From: Hypanus sabinus
Lineage: Eukaryota
NCBI RefSeq assembly: GCF_030144855.1
Contig: NC_082716.1
Span: 78,120,001-78,184,000, forward strand
Length of the DNA stretch: 64,000 nt
Direction of reading: 5' to 3'
This document shows, piece after piece, positions 25,185 to 38,460 of this stretch. The translations under genes and the position numbers were made by a program. The notes beneath the pieces are model-generated. The model was not told where the DNA came from. It searched no databases and was given only the letters and a program-made list of their open reading frames with translations. Numbering within the stretch: position 1 is the first letter of the stretch; each line of letters starts with the position of its first letter.

Positions 25185-26045
25185 CTGTCGTTGGTAGAAT
25201 CTCAGATGGAGGAAAGGGCATACAGGAGTGAGATATACCAACTCGTGGAGTGGTGTCACAGCAACAACCTTGCACTCAATGTCAGTAAGATGAAAGAGCT
25301 GACTGGACTTCAGGAAGGGTAAGACGAAGGAACACATACCAATCCTCATAGATCCTCAGAGATCTTGTCACTGCTTACTCTCTCCACTTCTGATCCCTTT
25401 AACCTGGTCCCAGCATATCAATACAACTATTAAAAAGGCAAGACAGTCACTATACTTCATAAGGAGTTTGAAGAGATTTGCATGTCAACAAAAACACTCA
25501 AAATCTTCAATAGATGTACCGTGGAGAGCATTCTGACAGGCTGCATTGCATCACTGTCTGGTACTGGGGGTGGGGGTGGGGGGTTCTGCTGCACAGGACA
25601 GAAAGAAGCTGCAGATTGTAAATTTAGTCGGCTCCATCTTGCGTATTAGTCTACAAAGTACCCAGGACATCTTCAAGGAGCAGTGCCTCAGAAAGGCAGT
25701 GTCCATTATTAAGGACCTCCAGCATGCAGGGCTTGCCCTTTTCTCACTGTTCCCTTCAGGTGGGAGATATAGAAGCCTGAAGGCACACACTCAGTGATTC
25801 AGGAACAGCTTCTTCCCCTCTGCCATCCAATTCCTAAACAGACATTGAACCCATGAACACTACTTCACTTTTTAAATATATATTATTTCTGTTTTAGCAC
25901 GATTTTTAATCTATTCAATATACATATACTGTAATTGATTTACTTATTTTTACTTTTTTCCTTCTACATTATGTATTACATTGAACTGCTGCTAAGTTAC
26001 CAAATTTCATGACACATGCCTGTGATAATAAACCCAATTCTGATT
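25185..26045 (+). mobile_element. Rex/Babar LINE 3' portion with an internal micro-inversion
   Basis: WCHSNNLALNVSKMKEL..DFRK and PSGGRYRSL motifs; tail aataaacccaattctgattct. Confidence 0.85.
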
Positions 26046-26429
26046 CTTAAGTCTTTGGCTAATAGTTTTAAGAATGAATTAATAATAGTATGCCAATAGC
26101 AACACTGGAAATTCAGTAAGTAGGGAACATTGCAATGAGATGAGGGACCAGAGAAAGAAGAGGAAATGTGAAGGAAGGAAGATCTGAGTAATTTTAACGT
26201 CAAATCTGAGCCAAAAAGGAAATAAAGAATTAAAATTAAATGCAATTTTAAAAGCATCGTTTTTCAAAATTTCAAGCAATGATGCTCTAATTGTAGTACT
26301 AAGATTCCACTGCTTTAATTGTCTATTTTCTGGCAATTAAAAAAATTTTTATAGGTAAAGAAGTACTTATTCTATTAATTGCTTACATTATGCACCAAGG
26401 TGTTCTCTTCAGTTACCAAAGGTAAAAGT

Positions 26430-27440
26430 AACCTTTAGCCAGGGGCAGAGGACATCAGATGGTCCAAGCCCAGGTAGGTACATTGTCCAGGGTTTCCAAT
26501 ACCCATCCTGCTTGGACATGGGTTACAGTGATGTCATCCATGAACCCCATATTGCAGGTTGTCAGATGCTAGGCTCCAACACTGGGTCTCAGGTTACATC
26601 TGTTACTAATGAGGAGGTTCATACCCATGATATACTAGATGGAGGAGATGGTTCAAGATGGAATCCCTTCTTGATGGTCTTGCCACCTGGTTGTAAAGTA
26701 GACTGAAGTGAAGCGTAGCTTGAATCCTCCTAGGTAACTGGTGATCATGTCTCGTGTCAGTGGCAGGATATGGTAGTGGTCCAAGCCAACCTGGATGAGG
26801 ATGTTTGGAATTGATCTGTTGGCATTGGCTAGGTTTAACCAGATAAACGTTAGGTTGCCTTTCTTTTGCCTGGTCTCGCAGAACAACTGGATGATTATTA
26901 AGTTGTGTTCAAGGCACCGAGAAAAACCCAGGATGCCACCTATCTGGATGGATGTGTTAATTTAATGGTTCTCGATTAAGTAAGAGGTCAGCCTTCTCAC
27001 AAGCACAGCCACTCCTGCATTTTGCTGGTTAGATCTTTGACACTTTCTTCGTCAGGTGAGCTGTTTTTGAATTGTTTGTTCAGGGTCATTATCTCATTTC
27101 TCAGGTGGTGAGACTCCCTTTCTCTCCTGCTTAGTTGCTGTGAATGCTCAAGATCCCCTTTCCTCTCCACTGGGCCAAATCACTCTTTAGCAAAATTGAA
27201 GACAATGGCTGTGAAGGGGTCGATTTTTCTGTAGACCGATCCTGCCAATGTACCATCCAAGATGCAATCCAGATAGTCACTGAACTGCTTCAAAAGATAC
27301 ATTCTCTGATCTGGGCCATCTGATCCTCATTTTTCCTTGATGAATGGATTAGATGTCCGAGGGGGCACTTACTTGGACCCTTCTTTGCCACTGGGGTGGC
27401 TCAGGTGTGGAGAGGTCTTCAACTTCAGGTGCTTTTGTAG
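26430..27440 (-). mobile_element. HERO/R2-type non-LTR retrotransposon fragment, heavily deleted
   Basis: GGI..GFSRCLEH (frameshifted), KKGNLTFIWLNLANANRSIP (consensus WLDLANAYGSIPH) and FTTRWQD..GI are typical of HERO-clade RT. Confidence 0.75.
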
Positions 27441-28499
27441 CTTTCTTTCATGTTCTTTGGCTGAGAGCCAAGCAGCACATTCCAGTGTCAGTTTATACAG
27501 CCAGCATTTTACAGGAATTGTGCCAAAAATAGATTCTACTTTTAGTCCCAATTTCATACTGAAATGTAGGGCTCATGAAAATTACAGGGAGGTTACAAGC
27601 TAGATACTCCTAAAATGCTGCTAAACAGAACACCATAAATTGTATATCAACATACTAATTTCCCTGTTCTCTCTCTGCATTGCCAAATGTTGCTGCCTAT
27701 TAAGACGTTAAAATATTTCCAGCAAATTGTAGTGTTGCAGCTTAAGAAATACTAATGTATACATATACCATTGTAATTACAGCAAAGGTGACTTTTATAT
27801 ATACACTCTAACGATGCCAAAGAAAATCTTCTGGAAGGACTCAACCACCTAATTAAAGCATACAATAAAAATATCTTTGAATCATTCTGTAATTTATACC
27901 TACAATTTAAGAGCTTTAGCTTTTGAAATCAGAGCTCCCATAAATCAAAGGGGTAATAGCTCTTTTCCTTGTTTCTGTGGCCCCTTTCACATGAATCTAT
28001 CCATGTATTCATAGTTTGAATTGGTATAGTAGAACAGCATCACATAACCCCCACTCCCATGAGTCAGGAAAGATAAAAACAGAGGGGGGTGAAAATTAAG
28101 GCAACTGAAAGTACTGTACTCATTTGTGTTAAATGATAATGATCAGAATTGGTGGAAAAAGTCAGCCGAAAACTTGATATCTGTTGCCATCCTATTCCAA
28201 AATTATCCAGTTTAAATTAATTAACAATTAGATTGACAAGTGAAATCAGATAGCAGATTGAAAAAAGAACGAAACAGAAAGATAGTGTGGAAGGAGGGGG
28301 GAGGAAGAAGTGGTGGTTATCATAAACTGTTAAACCCAATATTCCTATTACTACACTGGGCATTGTTCGAGTAATATAGGAAGCTGAGGTCACAATGAGA
28401 GTGAGAAGGCGAATGAAAGTGATAGATGATTGGAAGCTCAGAGTCACCCTTGTGGAATGAATGATACGTTCAACAAAGTACATTTTGCTTCCTCTAATG

Positions 28500-28587
28500 C
28501 AGGGGTTCCCAAACTTTTTTTTTAAAAAGACGCCATGCACCCACTACCATTAGCAGAGGTCTATGGACCCCAGGTTGGGAACCCCTG
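28500..28587. mobile_element. 88-bp hAT MITE
   Basis: TIRs CAGGGGTTCCCAA / TTGGGAACCCCTG; flanks ctctaatg / ctcctaatg. Confidence 0.85.
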
Positions 28588-29304
28588 CTCCTAATGTAAA
28601 GAACATTCTGTGCATTGTGAGCATAGAATACAATACACAATGAGCAGCAGAAGCAATACAGCAAGCAACTTTGAAGAATGTAGACTTTTTTTGGTAGACA
28701 AATTCTTGTTATTAATTTTGTTTAAGTGTGAAATGAATGAGTGAGAAGGTCATATTTTGCAGAAACTGCCACATCCCTTGAGCTGCTCTTTTTGGCTTTA
28801 TTAACTTTCTAGTATTTACCAGTCCTCACTCACTTCAACTGTGGTTCTGTACCTAATGGAGCTCTTGATAGAGGAAGACTCGAGATCTGTCAAGTTCACT
28901 TTGTGCTTCCTGTTGAGCTGTTGACAAATTATGATCAATTTTTCAACAGACCAGAAAACCATTGGAGATCAAACTCAAGAGGTGGATCATTTTGGGAACT
29001 AAAATTCAACCCATTCCTTCTAAGCACCTTACACTTTTATCTGATTCCAAATCACTTACACATAGACAATATTATATCCTGAAACAAGCACATCTGAATT
29101 GGGCCTGATAGAAATATTCATTATAGGGATAAATTCCCCTTGAACCACAATTTTAAATCTCACTATTAGTGGCAAAATTTTTGGATGGATAAATAAAGAA
29201 TGTTATAAATTTATACTTTCTAATGTAATATTAAAAAATCTAATTGAATTGAAACCCATCCACAAGTTTTGCCACATATTACCACTGTAATCAGCTCCAA
29301 CCCA

Positions 29305-30564
29305 TGTTATATACCCCTAGGATTCTTTTTTTTTCTGTGGACTGTCACTTTAAAATGCCAAGGTAATTGAGAGTGACTTTCGCTATGTTGGATTTCTACT
29401 GACTATAGAATTGCTGGGTTGCCATGGTGAAAGAGAGGTGGTTATTTGATGGACAATGGGTATTTCGTTCACAGCATGTTTATATTAAACAAGATCAGAT
29501 TATTCTCTCAGACACACATGGTCAGCGTCGAGATAGTTTCAATCATGGAAAGATACCAGTGAGTGGGGTCGATGGTTTAAACTTTCAGTAGCCCAAAGGG
29601 GTGAGTTGAGTATTGATCCAGAGTACTGATAATGCCTCTCATAAGTTGCTGCATCTGGAAGCAGTTGCAGAGAAGAGGGGAGAGAAACGTTTGAAACAGA
29701 AGAAACCTAGTGACAAAGAGATCACTATTTGGACTGTCTCCAAGTAACCCGTAAGGGTGAGCTTGATTCCATTCGAATAGGAAAGTGTGGTTGTCACATA
29801 GTTAATCCACAGGAGTGGGTTCTCTGGTGAGGAAAAACCTGTATGAATACCACGTGTGTGTTAACCCTTGTATGGGTGTGGTAGTTCACTGAAGAAGGCA
29901 CCCCTGTGGCAAATCACTGTTGGAGTTATTTCGTATGTCTTGGAACTGGATAAGTGACTATCACGTTGTGTGATTGGGGTAACCTTATGGAATCTACCGG
30001 GGTGTCTACCCTTGCCTGGGTGGTAGTTCCCTTGAAGATGGTCCCCTTTGTGATAAGCTTCTGTTGGTGATAATCCATACGTGGATTCGGTTTGAGTATC
30101 CTGTGGCCACCACTTTGGGATGACCCATAGCTGAATTCGGGTATGGTATTGTGGTAACCACTTGTGAGGAAGGACATTCTGTGAAGATCACCGTCGGTAA
30201 TACTTTATGTGTGGACTTGGAGCTGATGACAGAAGACCAACGGCACTTGTTTGACTGTTTTTCTCCTATCCTGGAGTTCGCCTTTGGATTACAAATTTCT
30301 CTTCCATACCAACAATAACTCCATGCACTGAACTGAACTTTGTTACATTACCATCGTAAGACTTTAAATCTTGCCACCAGAGCTTGAATGAATTTGGGAA
30401 TTATATTTACGCACATATATATGCATAACACTACTATCTTTTGATTTACCTGGTTTACGTTACTATATCAAGTAGTTACTAAAATAGTGATTTTAACATC
30501 AAAACCAGACTCCATGTGTGTTCTATAGCTGCTGATACTTTTACAGGATTGTGTGTATGTAACA
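29305..30564 (+). mobile_element. Solo LTR (1260 bp)
   Basis: Termini TGTTATATA...TATGTAACA (8/9 inverted match); flanks CCCA/CCTA (decayed 4-bp TSD). Orientation is tentative. Confidence 0.7.
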
Positions 30565-32984
30565 CCTAGAAACTACAGGTTGATACCCCTCCAATTCCAA
30601 CTTCTACCAACTCCAATTTTTTCAGTCCATCAACCAGGGCCTAGACTACTGGTTTAATACAAGGTATGCTAGTCATGGGACTTTGCATATCAGCATAGTG
30701 GTCTTCTAATCCTGAGATCAATTCATCCTAACTCCCAACACACTGTCATAGGGAGACCAGTCACCCACTCAAAGTCTTCTCTAAAGTGAGCCAACCATCC
30801 ATTTGAGTAACAAAATTGTTCAGCTATGCAGATCAACTGTTTAAGCTAAACATATCAATATTTTTAACAAATTCTTTATAAAATTTTCATTTCTAAATTC
30901 TTATGGAGCCACATTGCATTTGATATATTTATAAACAGTAATAGAAGAACACCACACTTTAATTCATCCAGATTCAATAATTTCAGGTAAGTTAATTTAA
31001 TTTATTTAAGGATCATATACATTCTTGTTGTGTGCACCCCAACATGCCTTTTCTTCCCCCTCCCCAGCATTCTCTCAATTATTCTAGTCTTAGTTCTATA
31101 CACAGCTCCACCACTGTCCTGGAATGAGAAACTGCCTTTTGGCTATGGTGCAATTTGGGCAGTCTAGGTCTGCTTTTCCCCCAGACACAGATCATGGTCT
31201 ATACGGGCCATGAAATGGAGACTGTAATATTTTTCTCAAAATATTTGTTTGTGCTCCATGCAGGTCACATTCAATACAGACAAGCAGTGTACACTATACA
31301 ATACAGAGGCAAGATTTAAAAAAACCCACTTTTTTAAAAATTTTTATTCATGCCTCCAACATGCTTAATAATGCATTAAAAAACCAATTTGCTTTCACAT
31401 TAATTATGCACCTTAACATTAATTAACATCAAATTTGAATCAGTAAACAATATCCACCTTTCATGTCCCTTGAAAGCCTTAGCACTTCCACAGATTCATT
31501 TTGAATTTGTTTTTTCTATCTAACCTGAAAGCTGCATTAATTCCATCCCTCCCTTAGTGAGCACACCACATTGAATCTTTAACATCAGTAGTGGGGAATC
31601 TTTTGAAAACAATCTACGAGTTATGGTAGCTGGATGCATATTGATCAGTAAATGGATACAACATTGACTTGCAAGGAGAAAAACCACTAGGTCACTTTTT
31701 GATGAGGACAATGCTGCACAAGGACTTCAAAATGGGAAAATAATAAATTCTACACATGTTTGACAGTAAATTTGAAACATGGAATTAAAGGGATGTTGGC
31801 AACATGTATAAATAAAGAACACTAAAGGGCATCCAGGTAAATACTTTTACTATCTTGTAGAAGACAGACAATGGTATTCCCACCAGTTAGTAACAGTGGC
31901 CAGTGCTTGGGAATGAATGCTGCATTCGATATTATTCAGATTTGTGCATTTAGTTAACATTTCAAAGACACAAAGGATGCAAATACATTCAACAGTTAAC
32001 CGCATAGTGAATAAAAAAACAGAAAATGCTGGAAACAGAACAGGAAAAAAAATTAAACAGAGAGAAACAGTTAGCATTTGACATCATAGACTCTTCATAG
32101 GTTGACTTTGGACTGAAACATTAAACTGTTTTACTTTCCACAGTTGCTGCCTGACCTGCTGGATCTTATCAGCATTTTGTTTTATAAATTTCAGATTTAC
32201 AGCGTCTGCAGTTTTTAAAAAAATTTTCAGTGAGGATTGTAATAGACATGTAATAAATAAAACTTAATCCAGAATTGTACAAAATGATGCACTTTGGTAG
32301 AAAGGGCAAAGAGAAATGCTGTAACACAGGTATAGCCAGATGCAGGAAGAAAGGGACCTTAATGCACATATGCATAAACCTTCCTTGGGCAGGTTTAGGC
32401 TTAAAAGCATGAGAACCCAGGCTTCATAATGAGTACAGCATCACAGGAGACTTAAATTATTGGTTTAGGCACTTCTCAATAACTGTTTCTAATTATTGTC
32501 ACATATTTTAGGAAGGATATGAAGTGCTTGGAGAGAATGGAGAGAAAAAATATTTTGACTTTTAACCAAAGTGGGAAATGTAAGATTTTCCCTGCTGTTG
32601 TGAACAATACTGGTCTGAAACATTAACTGATTTGCTTTCCACAGATGCTGACTCACATGACAACACAACCAACAGGAGCTCATTTGGCAATTCATCATAA
32701 TCATGGCTGATCTTTTATTTCAGTGTCATTTCTTTTCACTACCTCTGTATTCCACAATTCCATTAATATCAAGAGACTTGATTACCAAGTTGCCACTCTT
32801 TGTGAGTAGAGAATTAAAAAGATTCATCTTAAGAAAATTTTATCTAACTTGCTTTGTCTGTGTTAATGTTGCAAGTTGCAATCAGATCACTTTTTATTCT
32901 TCCAGACTTTAAAGACAACAGGGCCAATCTACTTAATTATTCCTAATATGGAATTATTAGGAATTTAAATTCCTAATAATTTAA

Positions 32985-33200
32985 AAAAAAAGGCTGCATC
33001 CATCATTAAGGACCCCCATCACCCAGAAAATGCCCTCTTCTCACTGCTATGATCAGGAAGGAGGTACAGAAGCCTGAAGGTACTCAGCAATTCAGAATCA
33101 GCTTCTTCCCTTCTGCCATACAATTCCTAAATAGGCACTGAATCCACGAACACTACCTCACTACATTTTATTCCCCCGCCCCCGCACTACTTATTTAATT
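32985..33200 (+). mobile_element. Rex/Babar LINE 3' fragment
   Basis: Aligns to 25690-25870 (ccatcattaaggac...agaagcctgaagg...cagcttcttccc). Confidence 0.8.
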
Positions 33201-35197
33201 GCCCCTGCAGTATAGGTGAGTAACAGATCTAGGGTAGAATACAATTGGATAAATCCAGAATTAGCATAAACTCAACTAAATCTCACCATTTAAATACACT
33301 TTTATGCTTTGTACATAAAGTAGATAACTTTTTAAAAAAGTACACCACATACAGGTCCACTCACTGTCTCTCACCACTTGAAACCTCTTCACTTCCTCCT
33401 CCTCCCTACTCTCAACCTCTCGATAGTGTCAAAGCACATTTGGAAACATGACCTGCTGAGAATTTTCAGTATTTTTCATTTTTATTTCAAATTTTCAGCA
33501 TCCACCATTTGATGAATTTGCAGAAAAAAAAAGTTCTGAAATGGCTCCAGAGATTAGGAACTTAGCATTAAGGGAAGTGCAGGAGAATGGGAGACGGGTT
33601 TCAGAGCAGAGAAGGTCAAGGTGAGATATCAAAGAGATATCCAAACCAAAGTGCAGGACAGGAGGAAACATTGAGTAGATGGAAACAGCTCCAAAAAGGA
33701 TCAAAAACCAAAGCACAAGTTTACAGTAACTAGCAAAAGGATTAAAGATGCAACAGTGATTAGTATCTGGAATGCATTGCCAATAAGGTGATTGACAAAG
33801 GTTCAATCATACCCTTTGAGGGGGAAATTAGGTCAGGACTTCACAATATAAAATTTTGCAAGAGTCTATTGAACAGATGGAGAACGAGCAAGGATGAAAG
33901 TGGCCAAATGGCCACCTTCTATACAATTACCTTTTTTTAAAATTCCTATTTTGATGATAAACACCATTTACATTGTCACAATGGGATTAAAGTGAAAGGA
34001 AAACAACCATTTAAACCCGGAAGTGATCTAGAAAAATATTTTACAGAAGAAAATGACAAATTGAGCTGCCCTATCAAATATGTTGCTGGATTCTACGAAC
34101 TGAAGTCTAAAGCCAGTAAAGCTGCCAAAATGTCCATAATCTATTGCTTAAAGTTAATACATACTGTACTTTCAATTAAAATTGGAACTCGACTGGTGTG
34201 AAGGTTTAGAGGACATGTCTGATGGTAATTCAATCATGACCTCAGCATTTGAATGCATTAAGAACAGAATAATAGATTAACATTTATTTACTCTTCACCC
34301 ATCATCTATTAGACTTTAACAAGTATCATCTTAATACAAACGATATAACTTTATGTAGTCTCTTAACAACTGCAAGACATTGCAAAGTGCTCAGATAATG
34401 AAGTAATGCTGAAATAGAGTCACCATTATAAAGTGGTAAATGCTGTCGCCAATTTGCCCTCAGCAAATTCTAAAGCACCAAATTTTCTGTCAAAACTATT
34501 TTGACATAAATATTGGCAAAACAGATGCTACAGATAACAAAACTATCCTTCCAAATCAGTCTATTTTTTCAAAAATCTATATCTCCATTTGAGAATACAT
34601 GCATTAATGACTAATTAAAATCCTAAATGTTCTCATACCAAATGAAGAAACTTATTTAATTAAATACTGTAGGAGACCATACAGACCACAGCAACATCAG
34701 CTCACCACTTTCTACTCCCTCATAACAATCAAAAAATACCATTTTTCCCCCCAGTACAACTTTCCAACAGAATGCAATACCCAAATACTATTAATAAATT
34801 CAATGGTAACAGACTTGATTGGACCTTCTTAATGGATTTGATTCAGCAACATGCAATAACTTGGTAAAACATCCCATTGCAACTCTGACCAAATTTAACA
34901 CAATAATAGGTGACAAAAAGCTTAGTTAAAAAGGGATGTGCTTTAAGGTGCATATAAAAAAAGAGGAATAAGACAAAAGATTTTAGGAAATAACTTGCAA
35001 TTCTTTTAGCTTTCTCTGAAGGCACAGTCACCCAAAATGCTGCATTTACATTTAGATGTTTAGGTGGATCAATCCTCAAATAATGAGGCACATTATGAGG
35101 CAATTCATATCTAGCTTCAGCAAAACATGAACAGCATTTATGCATGAGGTAATGAGCAGCCAGACAGTGGCCATCCTCAACTAGAGATACTCTAACC

Positions 35198-35933
35198 CAG
35201 GGGTCGGCAATGTTTACCACTGAAAGAGCCAATATGGACCCATTTCCCACAGAAAAGAAAACACTGGGAGCCACAAAACCCGTTTGACATTTAAAATGAA
35301 ATAACACTGCATACAACGATTTTTTTTGCCTTTATGCTATGTATAAACAAACTATAATGTGTTGCATTTATGAAATTGATGAACTCCTGCAGAGAAAACG
35401 AAATTACATTTCTGCATGCAACAAAAACATTTTGAACTCCGAAAAAAAGACGTTGGATTGAAGGTTACTCCATAGTTAGCCTACCTTGGATCGAAGAATT
35501 AAAAGAAAGCGCACACTGGCGGGTGTCAGGCATTGGCAGTGGTGATGTATATTAATAGCGATAAAAAACACGTTGTAGCGGTGTGCTACACGCAGCGCTA
35601 AAATAAAGACACTGCAGTCAAAGGTAACTTTATTCGAACTAAACAGCCTTGCTTTAAAGCCTCCCTCAACCCGTCCCCGTGGGCGCGGATGCTCCAAAAG
35701 ACATGTACTCACAAACCCCTGTAGGCCATCTCCCTTAGCCAGAACGGTGGCTAATTGTGAGCCGGTTCGTATGTGCCAGGAAATGGGGTCTCCACAACGT
35801 TTTTAGATTGTACAAGATCAGCATAATCTTCAAATTTCGAATTACATTTCAAAAACTAACAAACCACAGGGAGCCGCAGCACAGAGATAAAAGAGGCGCA
35901 TGCGGCTCTGGAGCCGCGGGTTACTGACCCCTG
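35198..35933 (-). mobile_element. Non-autonomous Buster-type hAT (736 bp), deletion derivative of the 52021-54263 family
   Basis: TIRs CAGGGGTCGGCAA / TTACTGACCCCTG; 8-bp TSD ctcTAacc/ctcTAgcc. The first about 270 bp are nearly identical to 52021-52290, and the transposase is deleted up to its ATG. Confidence 0.95.
35574..35796 (-). mobile_element. Short solo LTR (223 bp) nested in the hAT MITE
   Basis: TGTAGCG...CTCCACA termini with perfect ACGT 4-bp TSD; minus-strand AATAAA near its 3' end. Confidence 0.8.
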
Positions 35934-36599
35934 CTCTAGCCACCTTTAATATTAGCATTGTTAAATTATTTGGGCTAAACAAATACTAAAACAGCATTAG
36001 TTTTTCCCCAATATTCTCAACTAGAAAATCAAGTTAGAAGTTGAGTAATCTCCAGCAAGTGACTTATCTGGCACCCAAGAATTATCTAACATCTCTACAA
36101 GGTACAGAAAAGGAATGGGGTAGAATATCCTTGTCTGGCATGGATTTAAGCAGCTCTAAGGATGCTTGGGAAGTTTGATATCCTACTGAATCAAATAGTG
36201 AACATGACTGGCACTCCATACATCACCTTAAAATTTCATTCCTCTGACACCAATGCACCACAGCCAAATTGTTTGCCATGTGAAAAATGCACTGCAAAAA
36301 CTTATCCAAGACTTAAATGGCAATGCATATACCCATTTCCTCTACAAACAGAAGAAATAGAGCTGAAGAATGAGAACACCACCAAAAGCAAATTTCCCCC
36401 AGTGTTCACATCACTACCAGTGTTCCTTTTCATTACTTGAACTAAATTCCCCAGCCAATAAACCTATAGCAGCATATTCCCCACAAGGCCTGCAGTGGGC
36501 CAATGGTAATCAGGAAATTAAAATATATGTAGGTCCTTTGGCTGATGGCATTAAAGCAAGTGAGGTCAAAGATTACAGATAAGAGACAGAATGACAGAT

Positions 36600-37830
36600 T
36601 TACAAATAAGTCTCCGAATTTTCAAATCTGGGTTGCATTGACATATTTGGCCTTGGTTGAAGGTGTTGTGTAACAGGAAATAAAGGCAGATAAGCAAGCA
36701 CATAAGTGAATGGGACTTGGTACAAGGTGACAGGATATCTTTGGGTTTACAAAGCTTGGTGATCCATTGGAGTACCGAAATTCATGAACAAGTTGGTCAA
36801 TAAAAATGTGCTGAGAGGTTAATTCTAGAATAGGGACATAGATTTTATCTCGAGTGGAAGAGAAAATGGGTGTACTGATATTGCTGCAAGGAAATCTGAA
36901 GATGTAAAACTTGAGAAAAGTTTAGTTGAATCTCAGGGTAATTCTAAGGAAGGGTTAAAGTTAGTGGTTAGGAAATGGTGCTTGCACCAAGAACAGAAAA
37001 AAAGGATTTGTTCTATCCACAATTCAGCTGGAGGAAAGCTCTACTCATCTGGTATTCAATGTGGAAAAGCAGTGTGACAATTTGGAAAGTAGATGGACAG
37101 AGAGGCAATGGTGAGGTAAAGGGTTCAGCGTACATAAGAAAAACCATTGCAATGGTTTCATAAGACAATATTTAGATGAGATAATATTTTCATCTGCACA
37201 TAAGAGAATCGCGCAGGAAATCACTGCAGCAGATCTAACACAAGAGGACACAAATACAGAGTAAAGATATTTCACTGGAATTATAATGAGCTTTGGTGAG
37301 ATCACAACTGCAATTTTGTAGACGAGTCTAGAGCCCCAACCTAAAGGATATACTAGTAACAGGGGGAATGAACAAATTTTCTCCAGCTTGTTTCCTGGGA
37401 TGGTGGAGATGATCTTGCAAGGAGATATTTAGTAAACTGGGCACCTACTCTGTAGAAGTAAAGAATGAGAAGTGATTTCAAGATATAAAAATATTTACAG
37501 GATTTGATAAAATAGATGCTGACTCGGATGTCTAAAACGAGGGCTCAGTATCTCAAAATACAGAGTCATCCCTTCAGCATATACATGAAGAAACTTGTTC
37601 ACCCAAATTAGAGAAAGTCTTCCAAATTCTCTAACCTCACAAGATTGTAAAGGCTTGGTATCTGGATACTTTCAAAACAAACTGATTAACTTTGGATACC
37701 AAGTTAATTAAAGAATACAAGTAAATACATAGAAATGGTGCTCAAGTAAATATCAGCCATGATCTTTTTAAAATGGTGAAGCAGACTTGACGGGCCAAAT
37801 GGTGAACACCTGCCTTTATTTCTCATTCTT
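36600..37830 (+). mobile_element. Old, highly decayed CR1 remnants
   Basis: Residual CR1 3' signature (cagccatgatct...aatggtgaagcagacttgacgggccaaatgg). Confidence 0.5.
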
Positions 37831-38460
37831 ATTCCCAGGATGCACAAATTCAGAAAAGAACAGAACAAATCTGTATAATACTACTCAGTGGTGAGAAATT
37901 TGAAATTATTTGTGTCAGCACTTGTCTCAAATCAAACAAAGGCGGGACAAATTTGGGAAACAGAACATTCAGGGACAGAGAGCGACTGAGTACAAGTCCA
38001 GTTATTGTAACAACACAGGGATCAAAGATAATCTGTTGGAGATGCAGTTCATTCAGTGATCTTTTGATTCCATTTGTATCAAAGACTTTACCATGAGCTG
38101 AAGAATTCAACTATTTATCTCAGGCTTGGGGAGAAATTGGCCCTTTTTATTTTTCAGTGACTTTTTTTTGAATGAGGAAACTGGTATTATGAAACATGAC
38201 AACTTTCCCTGTGTTATGCTCAATGCAACAATGAGAAATTCATGATACTGCATAATGGTACAATCAAACAAACCTTGTATCACAAATCAATTGCATTCAT
38301 TGTAATATTTCAGTACAGTCTAGACAATTTTATATTATAATCCTGAATAGTGGACAACTATGATGCTACTTAAAATGTACTTCAAGATTAATTATGACAA
38401 ATCATACTGCCTTGAGATAAAAAGGTGAAAGCTGTCCTTAAAAAAAAAGCACAATGCATC

